64,000 nucleotides of DNA, taken from the NCBI GenBank assembly GCA_964252035.1, contig OZ176205.1. The stretch is one strand, 5' to 3'. The position numbers were made by a program, and so were the translations under genes. How positions within the stretch are numbered: position 1 is the stretch's first letter; every line of letters starts with the position of its first letter. Positions 1-13,371 of the stretch are shown in pieces. The stretch comes from Podarcis erhardii. Its lineage: Eukaryota. The notes under the pieces are model-generated. The model was not told where the DNA came from. It saw nothing but the letters and a program-made list of their open reading frames with translations, and did no database searches.

Positions 1-862
1 AAATTCATAATTAGCATTTTTTCTACAGGTACTCTAACATTAATACTGTGATGCTATAGAGTGTTTATTCTCATGAAAATCCATCCCTGATAACTGAGGG
101 GAAGCTGAACAGGTTTGGTACAGTGTTGTGACGTGGTAGTACCAGCAGGTGGTGCTGAAATCTAGGGAAGACCCATAGCTGGTGCCCAGGGTAATGTTTT
201 ATTTATGCTAGCTTCCACCCCCCCACCCCCGATTCAGGTGGAATCGGAGGTGTTCATTTACAATGCTGCAGGAACTGCTTAATCATGCCTTTGCCTGTTT
301 ATTTTCCCCCAAACTGTTCCATTCTGTTACGCGTTTTAATAAGTTAGGTACACGCATAATAACATACTATGTGTGTTCTTCGTTTATAAGAGAACTTGGA
401 TGCCTCCAGTCACAATTCCAAGTATGAGCATTGTATCTTATCAACATCATTTGTTGCTTCTTTCGTGCTTTCTTTTCAAACCCAAACATTTATTCCTTGC
501 TCACACCATTTACAGTTGATTCATATTATATCAAGGGCATTAAATACAGATTTACACTTGGAAGACAGTTTATATAGGGAAAAGATACAGTGTTTTATAC
601 TCGGAAGCTTGACAGAAGGCATTCAAGTTCTCTTGCAAAGGAACAACATACATACATACGACAATATTTGTCATAGGGAAAAATATGTGTAATACAGTTC
701 CAGGGTGTGGTTAATGCCTCTGTCTTAAAGATGGCCTCCGTGGATCAAGAGGTCTTAGAAAATTACTGTCCCCTCTCTAGAATTCCTTTCCTGATCAAGG
801 TGATTGAGATGGTGGTGGCAAGCCAGCTGCAGGTACACCTAAAGGAAGCAGATTATCTAAAC

Positions 863-1134
863 CAGGGGTTGGCAACCTAAGGCCCATGGGCCACAAGCGG
901 CTCACGGGGGTTGTTTTACCAGTTCACGAGCTGCCCCTGAACCAAGCCGCCCGCTCAACGAGTCCCCGCGCATTGCACTAAACCGGCACAGTGCAGTGCC
1001 ACAAATCGCGTTGACTCAGACGCTGGAAAACATGTCTGCGCCGATGCTGGAAATTGCGGGCGCAGGCGCTCATGTGCACCCACCATCTGGACCATGGAGG
1101 GATGAGCCCAGAGAAAATAGTTTGCTCAATCCAG
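863..1134. mobile_element. hAT-Charlie-type non-autonomous DNA transposon (MITE), decayed right end
   Basis: Starts CAGGGGTTGGCAACCT after a TCTAAA-like target, has a GC/CpG-rich interior, and ends in a degenerate ...gtttgctcaatccag. Confidence 0.6.
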
Positions 1135-3906
1135 CTTCACACAGTACTTAAAAGGTAAGAGAAGACAGAAAGCCCTGTCCTTAATACTTTGTTTTATCAT
1201 AAATCTTGCAGACTTCTAGGCTGCGGAAATACTCCAATAATGGAGTATTGTGCTATTGTGCTATTACATCATCTAGCACAGTAATTTTCGATGTTTACTG
1301 TAACAGCCTAGGAAAAGGCATACCTTATCCAACCAAAGATGCTGTGGGTGGAACACATTTTTTATGCTGACGAAGTCCCACTCAGTTTATACTCGATTGA
1401 GGGTCCCTGTTGGCGGCTGTCAGTGGAGGAGGAACAAGCAGCCTGAAAGCAGCCCTTTTGGGCTGCTCCTTCCTCCTTCCTCCTCCTCCTTTGCCGCTGT
1501 CGGCAGTGGAGGAGGACTGTATACTGTCAAACAGGTGGAGGTTGTGAAATTCACCTCAGAGAGGCAGATCTTGCACAGAGCAGGTCTCTGGGGCCATGGC
1601 CTTTTCATTGCCTACCCCATTAGCTGGTAGTTGAAATCTGGGCACCATAATGGGTGTCTCCCATATATTTATTATTTAAACTTCAGTGCTTAGAAGATTT
1701 CAAAGGGGATATATTTGGTCTACTTCCCACGTTACTCCTGGAGCTGAATCTAGAAGTCATTCATACAAAATCAGAAAGTGGAATTTTTTTGCAAGTATTT
1801 GAGTCATACAATGGTGTACTAAGCTGCTCCTGATTTCTGGGCACACCACTATCTGTCTCTCAATGAGATGTGAGTAAGTATTCTACCCTTCCCACACACA
1901 TTATAATTTTACTCAAAGGATGCATAAAATCCAAGCCAAAGTTTGACATTGGCTTGAATCAAAAGTAATCCATATACCTAGGTTTATTTATGTTTGTTTA
2001 TTTCACAGCTAGATTGCAATAAAACCTCCAAGTGGTTTACAGTAAAAATTATCAGTAAAGAAAATAGTTAAAAACTATTTAAAACATTCAAAAAAAATTC
2101 AGTTCAATTACGGTATATGCTTAAGAGCCAGGTTAAAGTGCATGTCAACATTTTACGTATTGGATAGGTTTGCCTAAATGAAAATATTTTTAGCAGGCAC
2201 CAAAAAGAGGGCAGTGAAGGTTCCTTGCCACTAGGAACAGCTGCAGTTTTAAAGCATTACAAAGATTTTGCACAAAGTCCAATATTAACTGACATGGACT
2301 TTTATTGTCTAAAACAAGTGCAGACAATGTGATACCCTCCTGAAGTTGTTCAACTATAATTCCTATCAGTCCCAGTCAGCATGGCCAGTGGTGAGGGTTG
2401 ATGAGTGTTGTAGTCTATCAACATCTGGAGAGCATTGTGTTTCGCTACCTGTGGTCTTAGCATTCTTACTGAAGAAAATTGGTAGGCATGACACTGTAGC
2501 ACTTGGCAGCTTCCAGGCAGGAGGATAATAAGCCAATCCTAAATGTAGTTGTCACTGTCTCCTTGTTTCATGCAGATGATTGAATGTGTATGTGTGTGGA
2601 GTGGGGATGGTTGAGTTTATCTTCAGTAAAATGCAGACAAGATTATTTGAAAAAAGTGCGAGTGGCTGTTACTAATATTGTGTGTCCAAGGCACTGAGTC
2701 TCATGTGCATATCTTTCAGAACAGAAGAGAGCCCAGGGTTGGGATTAACCTTGGCAGCCATGTTCTGAGGTGATTATTTAGCAGGTCAACCATGAACCCC
2801 AAACTGAGATGCTAGGCCCTGCAGCATGCTGCAGAGCCTAGCTAAGGGTATGACAGCTCACTTTCTGGCTTGTAGTGAGAAGGGGGAGGACCTGTATTTT
2901 TAGAAGGGGGAAAGAAACTCAAATATTTCTTGCATTATAGTAGTACCAACCCCAGGGTACTTCACATTTAGCTGAGCAGCGACAGCAGTCTGCAAGAGCT
3001 TGGCAAGGGAGGGAGAGCTAAGCACTCAGCCAGACAGGCTGCTTACAAGCCCAGTATGAGCACCTTCTGGCCTTGACACATTTTGGTCTTTCTGCTTCCT
3101 CACTGAGCTGAATGACCTTCTGCCCTTGGCAAATTCCCAGTTGGGTCAGCCAGATCCAATAAATTCCAAGCTGGTCAAAAGGTACCCTGGCCCTAAATGG
3201 GCTCTGCCGTAGCTGATTTTCAGGCACACGCCCCTTTGTGGCCTCACATGCTCAATGCCCACGTCTTGGATTGAGAGCCACAGCTCTGGTGTCTGCACTC
3301 ATCCATGTTGAGCAGCTGGGCAGAGAGCATGCCAGGTCAGCCAAGGGAGGGTTACGCCTCTCGGGCTCTGCAGCCGCTTGGATTAAGGGGCTATGCGGAT
3401 TTACTCTCTGCTCTTGCTTCAATTCCTCTCCCTCCGACATTCTGTATAGGGAACATGCAAGCAATGCAGAGCAAACTAGGTCATTGCAAAGGGACTTTGT
3501 GCATCTGTGAGATCCTCTGGGGGAGGCTGCTGGCTCTTCCGGCTCCCAGCTTCTGCTTGTAGCATTTTTGCATCCCTTACCAAGTCGCACTGCTGCCTCC
3601 CCTGGATCTTGAAAAGGGATGTGATTAGCACAGGCAGCAGATGGGGAATTTCCGTGAGCTCCAAATACCTCCTCTTGACAAGGGCTTCGCTGACACTATT
3701 CCAGTGCCCAGTTCTCCTCCTCCTCCCGGACAGACAGATTCTGCAAGAAGCAACTTCCTGCTGGTTTGAACCTCAGGCACCAGGGTCTGCAGCAGGGCAT
3801 GGAACTTAGGCTGCCTCTACCCTTCATCTCTGGATTTAGTTGCTGTTCTCCCCTCGGCCTGGCAGAGCCATGGATTTACAGATCAAGCTGGCTATGATTC
3901 CCCAGC

Positions 3907-3978
3907 ATGAATACAGGGAACAAATCCATAACCATCCATCTGTCCAATGGCATTAATTTCAGCATGTACATGTATCAG
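3907..3978 (+). CDS. PPFIA4: Putative alternative first coding exon of PPFIA4 (MNTGNKSITIHLSNGINFSMYMYQ)
   Basis: ATG at 3907, 24 codons, then a strong phase-0 donor CAG|GTAAGC at 3979, matching the phase-0 acceptor at 13270. The peptide resembles the alternative N-terminus I recall for human PPFIA2 (MIFSDMNTVSGSPKVHPPNGTRFYTFQ), which joins the homologous EFAALTKE exon. Confidence 0.6.
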
Positions 3979-5399
3979 GTAAGCAGGATACCCCTTGCAG
4001 TGTCTGCCCACCATAGCTTTTCACCTTTTCTTGGTAGATGGAAATACTCCAGGCTCTTAAAGCAAGTGTTGAGGCCTATCCGAACCTCCACAAGCAGCTG
4101 CTTTTCTTCTAATTCTACTTCTTTCAGGAGTTGTGTTGCCTATAGGCATGAACTTCTGTTCATATTTGTTTGTTAAGAAATTGAAGTATCAGTGCTATAG
4201 GCTACTCCAAATGTCTTGAGGGGGAGGGGAGGAAAGAGCAGTGTTTTTTTCCTTAAAAAATGTTTAAGGGTACTCTCACTTTCCTATTCATATTGAAATA
4301 CTCCTCCTCAATAAGGCCAAACTTAGATTCACAAAATGTTTAGGGTATGCGTCCCCCCGTGTCCCCCCAGAAAAGAAGCACTGGGAAAGAGTATTGGGCA
4401 CAGTTAGCACTGTCAGGTGATTCCCCTGACAGGTAAGACAAAGGATATTTCCTAGAGAGTTGCATGGAGCAGAGATTTCCTACCACGCTGAACCCTCAAT
4501 GAAAAGTTCATTGAGTACAAACAAAAGAGCAGTTGACCTTTGGGAGCTTCTGATTTATAGTGATCTGTTTACCTTAACATGCTTGAACAAACAGACCTGC
4601 AGGTTTGGAATTTAGAAGTGGGAAATGCCTAAGTATGAACATATAGCCTGTTGCTTTGCCACTGCTGTTTGAAACTACTTTGTGAGCTGCCCACTGTACA
4701 TCATGGTAAAATGGCTAGTTCTTTGTTCTATTTTGAAGGGTCCATGTGAACTAAGGTCATACTTTCAAAGGGCTGAAGTTTTTCCTTCCTGGTGGAGCAT
4801 ACGTGATTTACCTTTTTTGGAACTAATTGCCATAGCCCCAAAAAGCACTTCCCCAAGCCCACTATGAGGGCTGGGAAAATCCCAGGGACTCTATAGTCAC
4901 CAGACTCCTAGAATTTTGATTGGTAGCACCATGGAACTGGACAAAACACATGGCATGCATGTGGGACTGATACCTAAAAATTCACACCTATCAAAAAATG
5001 TGTGAAATTTTGTTTTCCACCCTCAAACCTGCCTACTCCTTCCTTTCATTTCTGTCTTTATGTATACATACCTCTCAGGCAGCCTGTGAACAGACAATAC
5101 ATTTTCCTTCAGGAGCACGACCAGTGTTGCTGCTGCAACGTATTTGTATTTATTTTCCTGTGACCATCCTGGGCATCTATTGGATATACCCAAGAGAAAT
5201 AATAAAGTCTCTTTACCTGCTCTATATGCTTGACTAGTTTTGGAATTAGGCTGTGATTAGCATCATGGATTGCACCTGGCAGTCTCATTTTTATTCTCCC
5301 CTGATATCTCTCAGAAAGGTGACTGCATAATGGTCTACCTTACATCTCGTCATTTTCTAGCCCGACCTAGTGGCTTTTCCCCTGACAGTGGGCAGTTGT

Positions 5400-5665
5400 C
5401 ATAGGATTGTAGGAAAAACCAATCTTTTAAAAGGGAATTAGACCAATTCATTTACAACAAAGCTACTAGTCATAGCAGCTACAAGCAGCCTGCACAGAGC
5501 CAGCAGACATCTGAATACCAGCTGCTGGGGACTAACCATGGAAAAGAACTATTGCCCTTATGTCCTGCTTGTGGTCTTCCTCTGAGTATCTGGCTGTGTA
5601 ATGTGGGAAGCACAGTGCTGAACTAGATAGGCCTTTGGTCTGATCCATCAGGAGATGGGTTCCTT
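5400..5665 (+). mobile_element. Degraded CR1 LINE 3' fragment (approximate bounds)
   Basis: 'aaaagggaattagaccaattcat' and 'ctgaactagataggcctttggtctgatcca' resemble squamate CR1 3' ends. Confidence 0.5.
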
Positions 5666-8600
5666 AAGTCCAATACTGATTCATTTGGACATTCTTTTTT
5701 CTTCTTTAAAATTCTCCTATGTGCACACTGGACTAATTATTATCTGTGATGCAGTTAATAACACTGATTGCTTCTGTATCTGTTTTGATCCACTATGCCT
5801 GGCACAAACAGTTATTCCAGTTAGATGCCCAAAATGTGACTTACATCCTAAATGGACCCAATTCATTCCTTGAACTCTGAGGCAAATCAGTAGGGAAAAG
5901 AAGAATTGTCCTTGTATCTGAAAAAAATGTTCCACATTCTCAGTCATTGCTGTGTTTGGCTCTTCCGATATTAAGAAAATCACTTTACATAATTGATATG
6001 CTCTTAACATTTAAAATCACAAGTTCTTTTGTTTTTGCTCAAACAGTTGAGGTGTGACAGGTACCCCTTAAGGTAGCCTGTGCCATATCCATTTAAGGCT
6101 TTAAAATTAAACTTTATACCTTCAGCTACACCAGGAAGCAAACGAGAAGCAAGTATAGGTTTTAGATCTCTGATATAAAATGTGTCCAATAATTCATTGC
6201 TTTCGAATACTTGAACAATCGCATTTGGTGTCTTCTGACGTTTCTCAGTAGCATTAAGTTTTTAAGAGTTCTTAATTGAGCCAAGATTAGGCATCCGTGT
6301 TTCACTTTCTAATCCATTTATAGGTGTCCCTGCCTAATCTGGAAAGCTTATGGCTATGCAATTTACCATCCAAGGGTTGAGAGAAAAGGTCTGGTAAGGT
6401 CTAATCTAAAATGTCTGTTGGAAAAAGTATAAGCTCATAAGGGATTTCAGTAACTTGAGGATGAAGGACTTGTTAAACTTGTCCACAAGACAACCATCTT
6501 CTAACATGGTTCCAAAGTGACTAGGCAGCATAGGACTGAAAGGTAGTATTTAGCTTAACATTAGAATAAATCTCCCAAATCTTCATCTAATTGAATGAAA
6601 GCTCATGCCATAATAAACCAGTTAATCTCTAAAAGCTGCAGCCTTTTTGTTTTCTTGCTTCTATGTTAGGCGATTAGAACATCCTGCCTGGGGATATTGT
6701 AGAGACATTCTTCCTCAATGGGATCATTCCATATCAAGGGATCCAACTTTTAAATCTCATGTCATCTAATTTTCTTAATATTTTGTACACTTGTTGAATG
6801 ATCAAATCTAAAATTTTAATTTTTTATCTCATCCCATTTTTGAGTTATAAGGGTTTGAAATTTCAAAAATTTGACAATTTTGGCCTTCCCAGACCTACAC
6901 AAAAACCTTAAAAGCTCAGCCCAAGATTGAGATATGTCAAGACGTAAAACACCAATCTCTTCAGAACTTCATGGGCCTTAATATATGTCACATGATGAAG
7001 TTACAGATATGATGAACTTACTCTAAATTCACATGATGAACTTACTCTAAATTTTAAATTTAAGTTACACAATTTTAAAGTGATTAAAAAATTAATATGA
7101 TTTTAAAATTCCAAAAAATTGTACAGTATTGATCATTTAATATTTCTAAGAGCTACCTGCAGAATTTCATCTTGGGATTTCAATGGGATCACCTTACAAA
7201 AAATTTTTTTTTGTACATACATGTCTGCCTTATTGGGTTCTATTTAGGATAAATGGGTCTTCTCAAAGAAAAAATAACATAATAAACAAGGCCACAACCA
7301 TAATATTAGTTGCTTCAGGCATTTCGTTATAAAGTTATAAAGTTATATAAAGCTAGTCAGGCTTTTCTTTTAAAAATGTGTTCCAAAGCTGAGTGATAGC
7401 TTGCTATTGCATGATAGAATTAACACTTTGAAAGAATTATTGTTAGTACTTTATTTCATGAAGCACAACAAAATACATATCAAACAAAATTATGACACGG
7501 CTGGAACTGTTTAACTGGTGCTGAGATAACATCCCTTTTATCCAGTTCTTATTTTCAACAAATGAGTACAGAAAAGAAGAAATGTTCCTGAAAGACGCTT
7601 TGAAAGAGTGAAAGTGATCAGGGGAACACAAGGATTTCATTGCTACATCCAGTCCAACAGAAATTGTGACCAATGTGTACTCCTTTAACAATAAGAGTGA
7701 GAAGTTTGACAGTGAAGGAGGTACAAAATCTCTGGATATGACTGAGATAACTGGGTATGTGACCTGTGGATACAATAAAACATGTTGCTTAACTTATATG
7801 CTGTTGGTGGACTATGAAAGTGAAGAAGCAACTGTGACCTCCTTACACCCGCCAGGGCCAGCATCATCATTTGTTTACCCATCTAGTCAGGATGTACTTA
7901 AGTTAAGGTGAGCACAAGTTCCAACAAGCGTTGAACCAAGGACTGCAACTGGCCGCACCCACACTTTGACAAAAAATGAAACGTGCAACCAGTGCTCTTG
8001 AAAAGCGTTTGGTGTAAAGTATAATGTTTTCAGCCCCATTTAATGTGTAAGAATCCCCCTCTCTAATTTTGTTTGATATGCATTTTGTTGTAGCTCTTAT
8101 AAATATTAAATAATACATTTACCGGTAACAAAAATGATATTAATTTTTAAAATTGCCTTTTAACTTTTTAAATTTTGTAACTTACATTTTATATTTTGAG
8201 TACACCATGTGACATATCATATTAAGGTCCTAGTCCAACACTTTTACCACTTCTAGCACATAGCTCATTTTCAGGCATGAAGGCAATCAGTAGCAAGCAG
8301 CATTCCTATAGGTGGCGGTGCAGTCTCTTGAACCTAAAGATAAATGCAACTGAATTTAAGGAAATGCTTATTTAACTTAAAAAAACAAAGTTATTAGCAA
8401 AAAAGTAAAGTACAAGTCAGATGCTCTACATGCACTAGTGTCTGATCACAGGGTTGATGATTAGGGCAATTTTCGTTTTGGCTACAGGGAATTTGTCATG
8501 AACAATTCTTTGACGGTTTAAACATACAAGTTGCACAGTCTCTCTGTTGCCATGCAAGGCCCAGAGAAAGAGTTTGAAGTAAAATTTGTCACTTGCCTTA

Positions 8601-8898
8601 ATCCCTTTGTGTATACATCCTTACCAAATTTGGACTTCAGAAAAAAGGTGTGAAAACATTTTTCTTTCTTTCTTTCTTTCTCATCTTCCCCCTCCCAGTT
8701 CTCAAGGAGACTTCACATTCCCAGAAATTAAGATGATACAAGATGGGCTATTGATCAGTTAGGGGACATATTTGTCTATCTGTTAGACTAAATCTTAAAA
8801 GCAATCATGCAACATTCCATCACACTTAGGGTAAAGAAACAGGGTATGTCCCACAGAGGAACTTACGGTCTGCAAATAAAAACATCTTGAAGATCCCA

Positions 8899-9259
8899 GG
8901 CCACAGAGAGGTTAGGCTGGCCTCAACTAGAGCCAGGGCCTTTTCGGCTGCGGCTCCAATCTGGTGGAACGCTCTGTCACAAGAGACCAGGGCCCTGCGG
9001 GACTTGACATCTTTCCGCAGGGCCTGCAAAACAGAGCTGTTCCACTAGGCCTTTGGTCAGGGCGCAGCCTGACCCCCCTCCTCTGGCAATCTGCACAGAA
9101 TTTTGCTTATTGGTTGCCATAAATTTGATTTTAATTAATTTTTATAATGAAATGTTTTTAGAATCGTTGGATTATTTTGATTGTTGTTAGCCGCCCTGAG
9201 CCCAGCTTCGGTTGGGGAGGGCGGGATATAAATAAAATTTATTATTATTATTATTATTA
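8899..9259 (+). mobile_element. 5'-truncated L2-clade LINE 3' end with (ATT)n tail
   Basis: Encodes HREVRLASTRARAFSAAAPIWWNALSQETRALRDLTSFRRACKTELF, followed by a 3'UTR ending gggcgggatataaataaa and an (ATT)n tail. Close match to the copy at 26907. Confidence 0.85.
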
Positions 9260-10266
9260 AACCAGGATATGGTTATGCAGGAAGGAGTATGGTTTAACTA
9301 CAGTATGTGTGGTGTCACCAGGGAGGAAATGTAAAGCACTGCATTTGAGTAGGGAGGGAAGATTAGAGCACCAACATGTTGCTGGAGAAGAGAAGGGATT
9401 CAAGGGAATAGTTGGGGCAGTGTTCAGGGGAGAAAGCCAAGGGTGGTGGTGGGAGTGCCAGAGAGATGCAACAAAAGGGCAGGGGATAAAAAGAATGAGA
9501 ACCAGGGCGTATTGGATGGGCATAAAGAAGTGAGTCCTGGTAAGAGTTTTAGGTTGTGTTGAGGGCAGGATAGAGCTGAGTTGAAGGGATGGGGAGAACG
9601 ATGGAGGATGGAGCTAAAATCTCTCCCTTCCCCCCATGACATTTCACAGTCATTTGCTAGCTGGCAAAACACAGGGCATTTTTAATTTAGATCCATAACA
9701 CTAGAGATCTAGCTGCATCAACAACTATTCTTGGGATGTTTCTGCAGTTGCCGTTATATGCAATCAAGAAAAGAGATTTATCATTTCAAAAAGGATTCTA
9801 AAATGTCTCAAAATACCTGCTACTCCTAGATTTGACAAGACTTGGATTCAAGCTTTTCCTGTGCCATGGATTCCTCAAGATGGTATTGGGAAAACAGTTA
9901 CAAGAACATGAGATGAGCCTTACAGGATCAGAACAAAAGCCTGCTCGTCCTTTAATGCTGTATATGGATTAGGATGCAGGTATTTGAAGTATTACAAGGT
10001 GAAGTTTACTAAATGGCATTGAACAGAAGTGTTAGTGGTAAAGAATATATAGTTCATTGCCATCACCATTGCAAGGTGCCTTCACATAGGTTAGTGGTTG
10101 GTCAGATTTGTCATGGGTTTTTCTCCGTTTGTGTTCATGTTGCCTTCCCAACTGACTCATCACTACCAGCTAGTGAGATGACGTGTGTGAGTAACCATGT
10201 CTTCAGCATGAGATACTCTAGATTTTAAAGATCCACTACAGGAGCCTTCTTCCCAATGTTCTAGAT

Positions 10267-10378
10267 CAGGCATGTACAACAGGTCAATCGCAACTCTGGG
10301 CAATGACAATGGGTAGATCACTGTCAGTTTTTTTATACTGGGAGTAGATCACAGTCTCTTGGGAGTTGGATATGCTTG
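10267..10378. mobile_element. hAT MITE, 112 bp
   Basis: Exact 8-bp TSD TTCTAGAT (10259-10266 and 10379-10386). Imperfect TIRs CAGGCATGTACAAC / GTTGGATATGCTTG. Confidence 0.8.
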
Positions 10379-10966
10379 TTCTAGATAACAATTCATATCA
10401 TTCCTGACCATTGGCTGCTCTGACTGGGGCTGTTTAGAGTTGGAGTCCGACAACACCTGGAGGGCACCAGGTTGGGAAAGGCTGCTTTCACAGAACTTCC
10501 AGCCATGTTAGCTAGTAATTCCTCCAGAGTTATCAGTAAATGATCAAGATCCATCAAAACCCAGTGTTTTATTTATCAATGCCTTGATGGGAAACCACTG
10601 GAAATGTAATGAAAACTGCTTAGGTCTTTCCAAGAAAGATGATAAAATTATGTATTAAGTTTTAGTGACAGGCCATTCATGGGATGGCTCATGAATTTTG
10701 GAAACTGGTTGCAGTGCATATAGTCCAGTTCTAGCAAACTATTATATCTTCCTGTTTCTGTTAATGGAGCTTGCTACTATAATTCTTCTCTAAAAGCACT
10801 ATTATTAATAACTAGCATAATGCCTGTCATGATGATTGGTGTGTGCCTGCAAAGGAATTGTATTCTGCATACTTTCTACACGTGTGCCTTGTGGGCAGCA
10901 ATTCACTTGCATAAGAAATGCACATGAATACCATTGGAGAAGGGGCTAAAAATGTACCCTGCTTCT

Positions 10967-11352
10967 CAGTGTCGTGCGGTGAATTCTTTTCATAGGGGAC
11001 AGTTAGGGCCAGACGGACCAGTATATGAGGCTGATTCAGGGGGTCGATGTCCTGATGCCCCACATGTGGGCATCACACCTCCCTCCTTAATCTGGGCAGA
11101 AGCTTCCTGGGCTTTGGAAAGGAAGCGCCAGGCCTCTGACAGGATGCTGGAGCCCTGCTGCCTCATTCCCAAAGCTGGGCAGGCTTTGAGAAGGTGGCTG
11201 GAGGGCCCTGCACTTCATCCAAGCATCACAACCCACCCCCCAAGCTGGGCAGAAGCTTCTTGGACTTTGGGAAGGCGGCACTAGGCTTTAATAGTCTAAT
11301 ATACCAAGAACATTTAGCCTAGTCCCCCTAGTCCATTGACCACACACCACTG
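10967..11352. mobile_element. hAT-superfamily non-autonomous element, 386 bp
   Basis: Exact 8-bp TSD CTGCTTCT (10959-10966 and 11353-11360). TIRs CAGTGTCGTGCGGT / ACCACACACCACTG. Internal repeated 'ctgggcagaagcttc' unit. Confidence 0.8.
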
Positions 11353-12740
11353 CTGCTTCTACTGACCCAACATTGAGAAGCAAGTCTGCTCCTATATCTA
11401 GCCCAGCGCCTTCGTTTATATAGTTTCTTTCTGGATTCTGTTTCTTGGTCACTTTAAAAATATGCGGGAATGTTGTGAATTGGGTTTTCTGCATATGCAG
11501 ATGATGAAATCTTAGACTAATTTCTACTCTTGAAAGTCAGGAATATTAAAATTAACATGAAGCTTATTGGATCCTTTCCCATTAACTTGTCTGAATCCTC
11601 TTACAGACACATCTAATATGCATGTATTCAAGCTAGGCCTCTAGTGTCTCAGTGAAAAATCAACATGCACACAGGAATTTTTCTCCTACTACTACAGTAT
11701 CTTAATTTGTATGCCGAACTACAAAGCAGTGATAATTCAGGATGACTGCATAAATGCTGTTCCCTTGTTTGCATTCTGAAGCTCAGGAAACATAGCGACA
11801 GGCCCACTCGGTTCCCTTCAAGCTATTTCAAATGCTTCATCAAGTGGGTGGGTGGGCTCCCGGCACAGTTCTTATTTTGGTTGCCTGTTTTGAACTCTAC
11901 TTGGTTCAGCCTTGCCCTTTCAGAAGTAATCCCTGCAGCTGTTAGAATTTACCAATTGGAATTTACTTTTGTAAGGCCTCCAGTTTAGAGAAGCGACAAT
12001 GAGGAAGGGCTGGCTGGCTGGGAAGTGTCTGCTGTTATTTTAATTTCCCTAGCCGCCTTCCTTAACTACCTGCTTTGTTGTGCATATCTTTGTGTTGCCA
12101 GGGAGGTTCTACACCCCTAGCACAGACATAATCACAGCAGCTTCTGTAACAAATGAGTCCATATATGTCCCTGTTGTTATAAAAAGCAAAACAGTAGTTA
12201 TTGAATACTTTTGTGGGAAACATACTTCATGCTCATTGTGAAGATTGCATTGACGGGCACCTTTGACATTGCTCCCTGGCTGGGACAACAATACTTTGAC
12301 TTCCATAAAACTGTTTAGTTTTATGATGTCTGAGTTCTACTGCTAAAAAAGTAGATGCCCACATTGCTTATTTTTAAAGAGGGTATTCTGAATTTTGCTG
12401 GATGTGGGAGAAAAACAAAACAAAAAACTGTATATCTGCACTACTGTGATTCACATGTGGCAGCAGCTGGCATGTAAGTCTCAAGCTGTTTTCTGTCCAG
12501 AAGATACACTTGATTGCTGGCATGTTGCACTGCCTTATTGGAATGAAATGCTTTACCTGCTGTTTCTACTTTCCTTAATTGGTACAAAGGGGAGCAGGTG
12601 AGAAGCTCTTACCCAGGGGAGAAGTTCTGGTGGAACCAGTACTGCCTTATTAGAATGCATTGGGGTGGCAGTTTTGATATTGGCTTTGCAGATACATAAG
12701 CTGGCTGGGTGACAGATTAGTCTGAATATCATTTATTATA

Positions 12741-12967
12741 CAGTGGTACCTTGGGTTACAAAGGCTTTGGGTTACAAACACTTTGGGTTACAAACTTCAC
12801 TAACCTGGAAGTAGTACCTCTGGTTGCGAACTTTGCCCCAGGATGAGAACGGAAATCGTGCAGCAGCAGGAGGCCCCATTAGCGGAAGTGCGCCTCAGGT
12901 TAAGAACAGTTTCGGGTTAAGAATGGACCTCCGGAATGAATTAAGTTTGAAACTCAAGGTACCACTG
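12741..12967. mobile_element. Tc1/mariner (Tigger-like) MITE
   Basis: TA TSD on both sides. TIRs CAGTGGTACCTTG / CAAGGTACCACTG. Same family and orientation as the 17975 copy. Confidence 0.85.
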
Positions 12968-13269
12968 TATGTCAAAGTACTGTAATTCACTGAACAGAGC
13001 CTTTGCTTACCTTTGAAGTGTCACAACAACCCACCAAGGAGTATTACTTTTCTGTTGTTGTTAATTCTGATTATTGTTTTGATGACTTTCGTCCTCTTTT
13101 GTGTGACAGCCCATTTTTGGTAATACAAGGGGATCCTCTTGGGTGCATGTGATGCAACCATGTTTTTTCATGCAGATGCTTCTTTTTCTTCATAAAAAAG
13201 CTAACTTAAAGCTGGGGAATCTGAGGAAACCTGGCTCCGCATGATTGTAAAAATGTGATTTCTTTGCAG

Positions 13270-13371
13270 GAATTTGCAACACTGACTAGGGAACTCAATG
13301 CATGCCGAGAGCAGCTGTTGGAAAGGGAAGAGGAAATATCTGAACTGAAAGCAGAGCGTAATAATACAAGG
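13270..13371 (+). CDS. PPFIA4: Liprin-alpha-4 coding exon A (EFATLTRE...ERNNTR), 102 nt, phase 0/0
   Basis: tctttgcag| acceptor, AGG|gtgagt donor. Liprin-alpha N-terminal coiled-coil sequence. Confidence 0.97.

Noticed and set aside
6350-7260. AT-rich stretch as a LINE ORF, with a ~24-bp tandem duplication near 7009-7053
   Set aside because: Part looks like very decayed CR1, but I cannot assign a family or boundaries. The duplication is a short local slippage.
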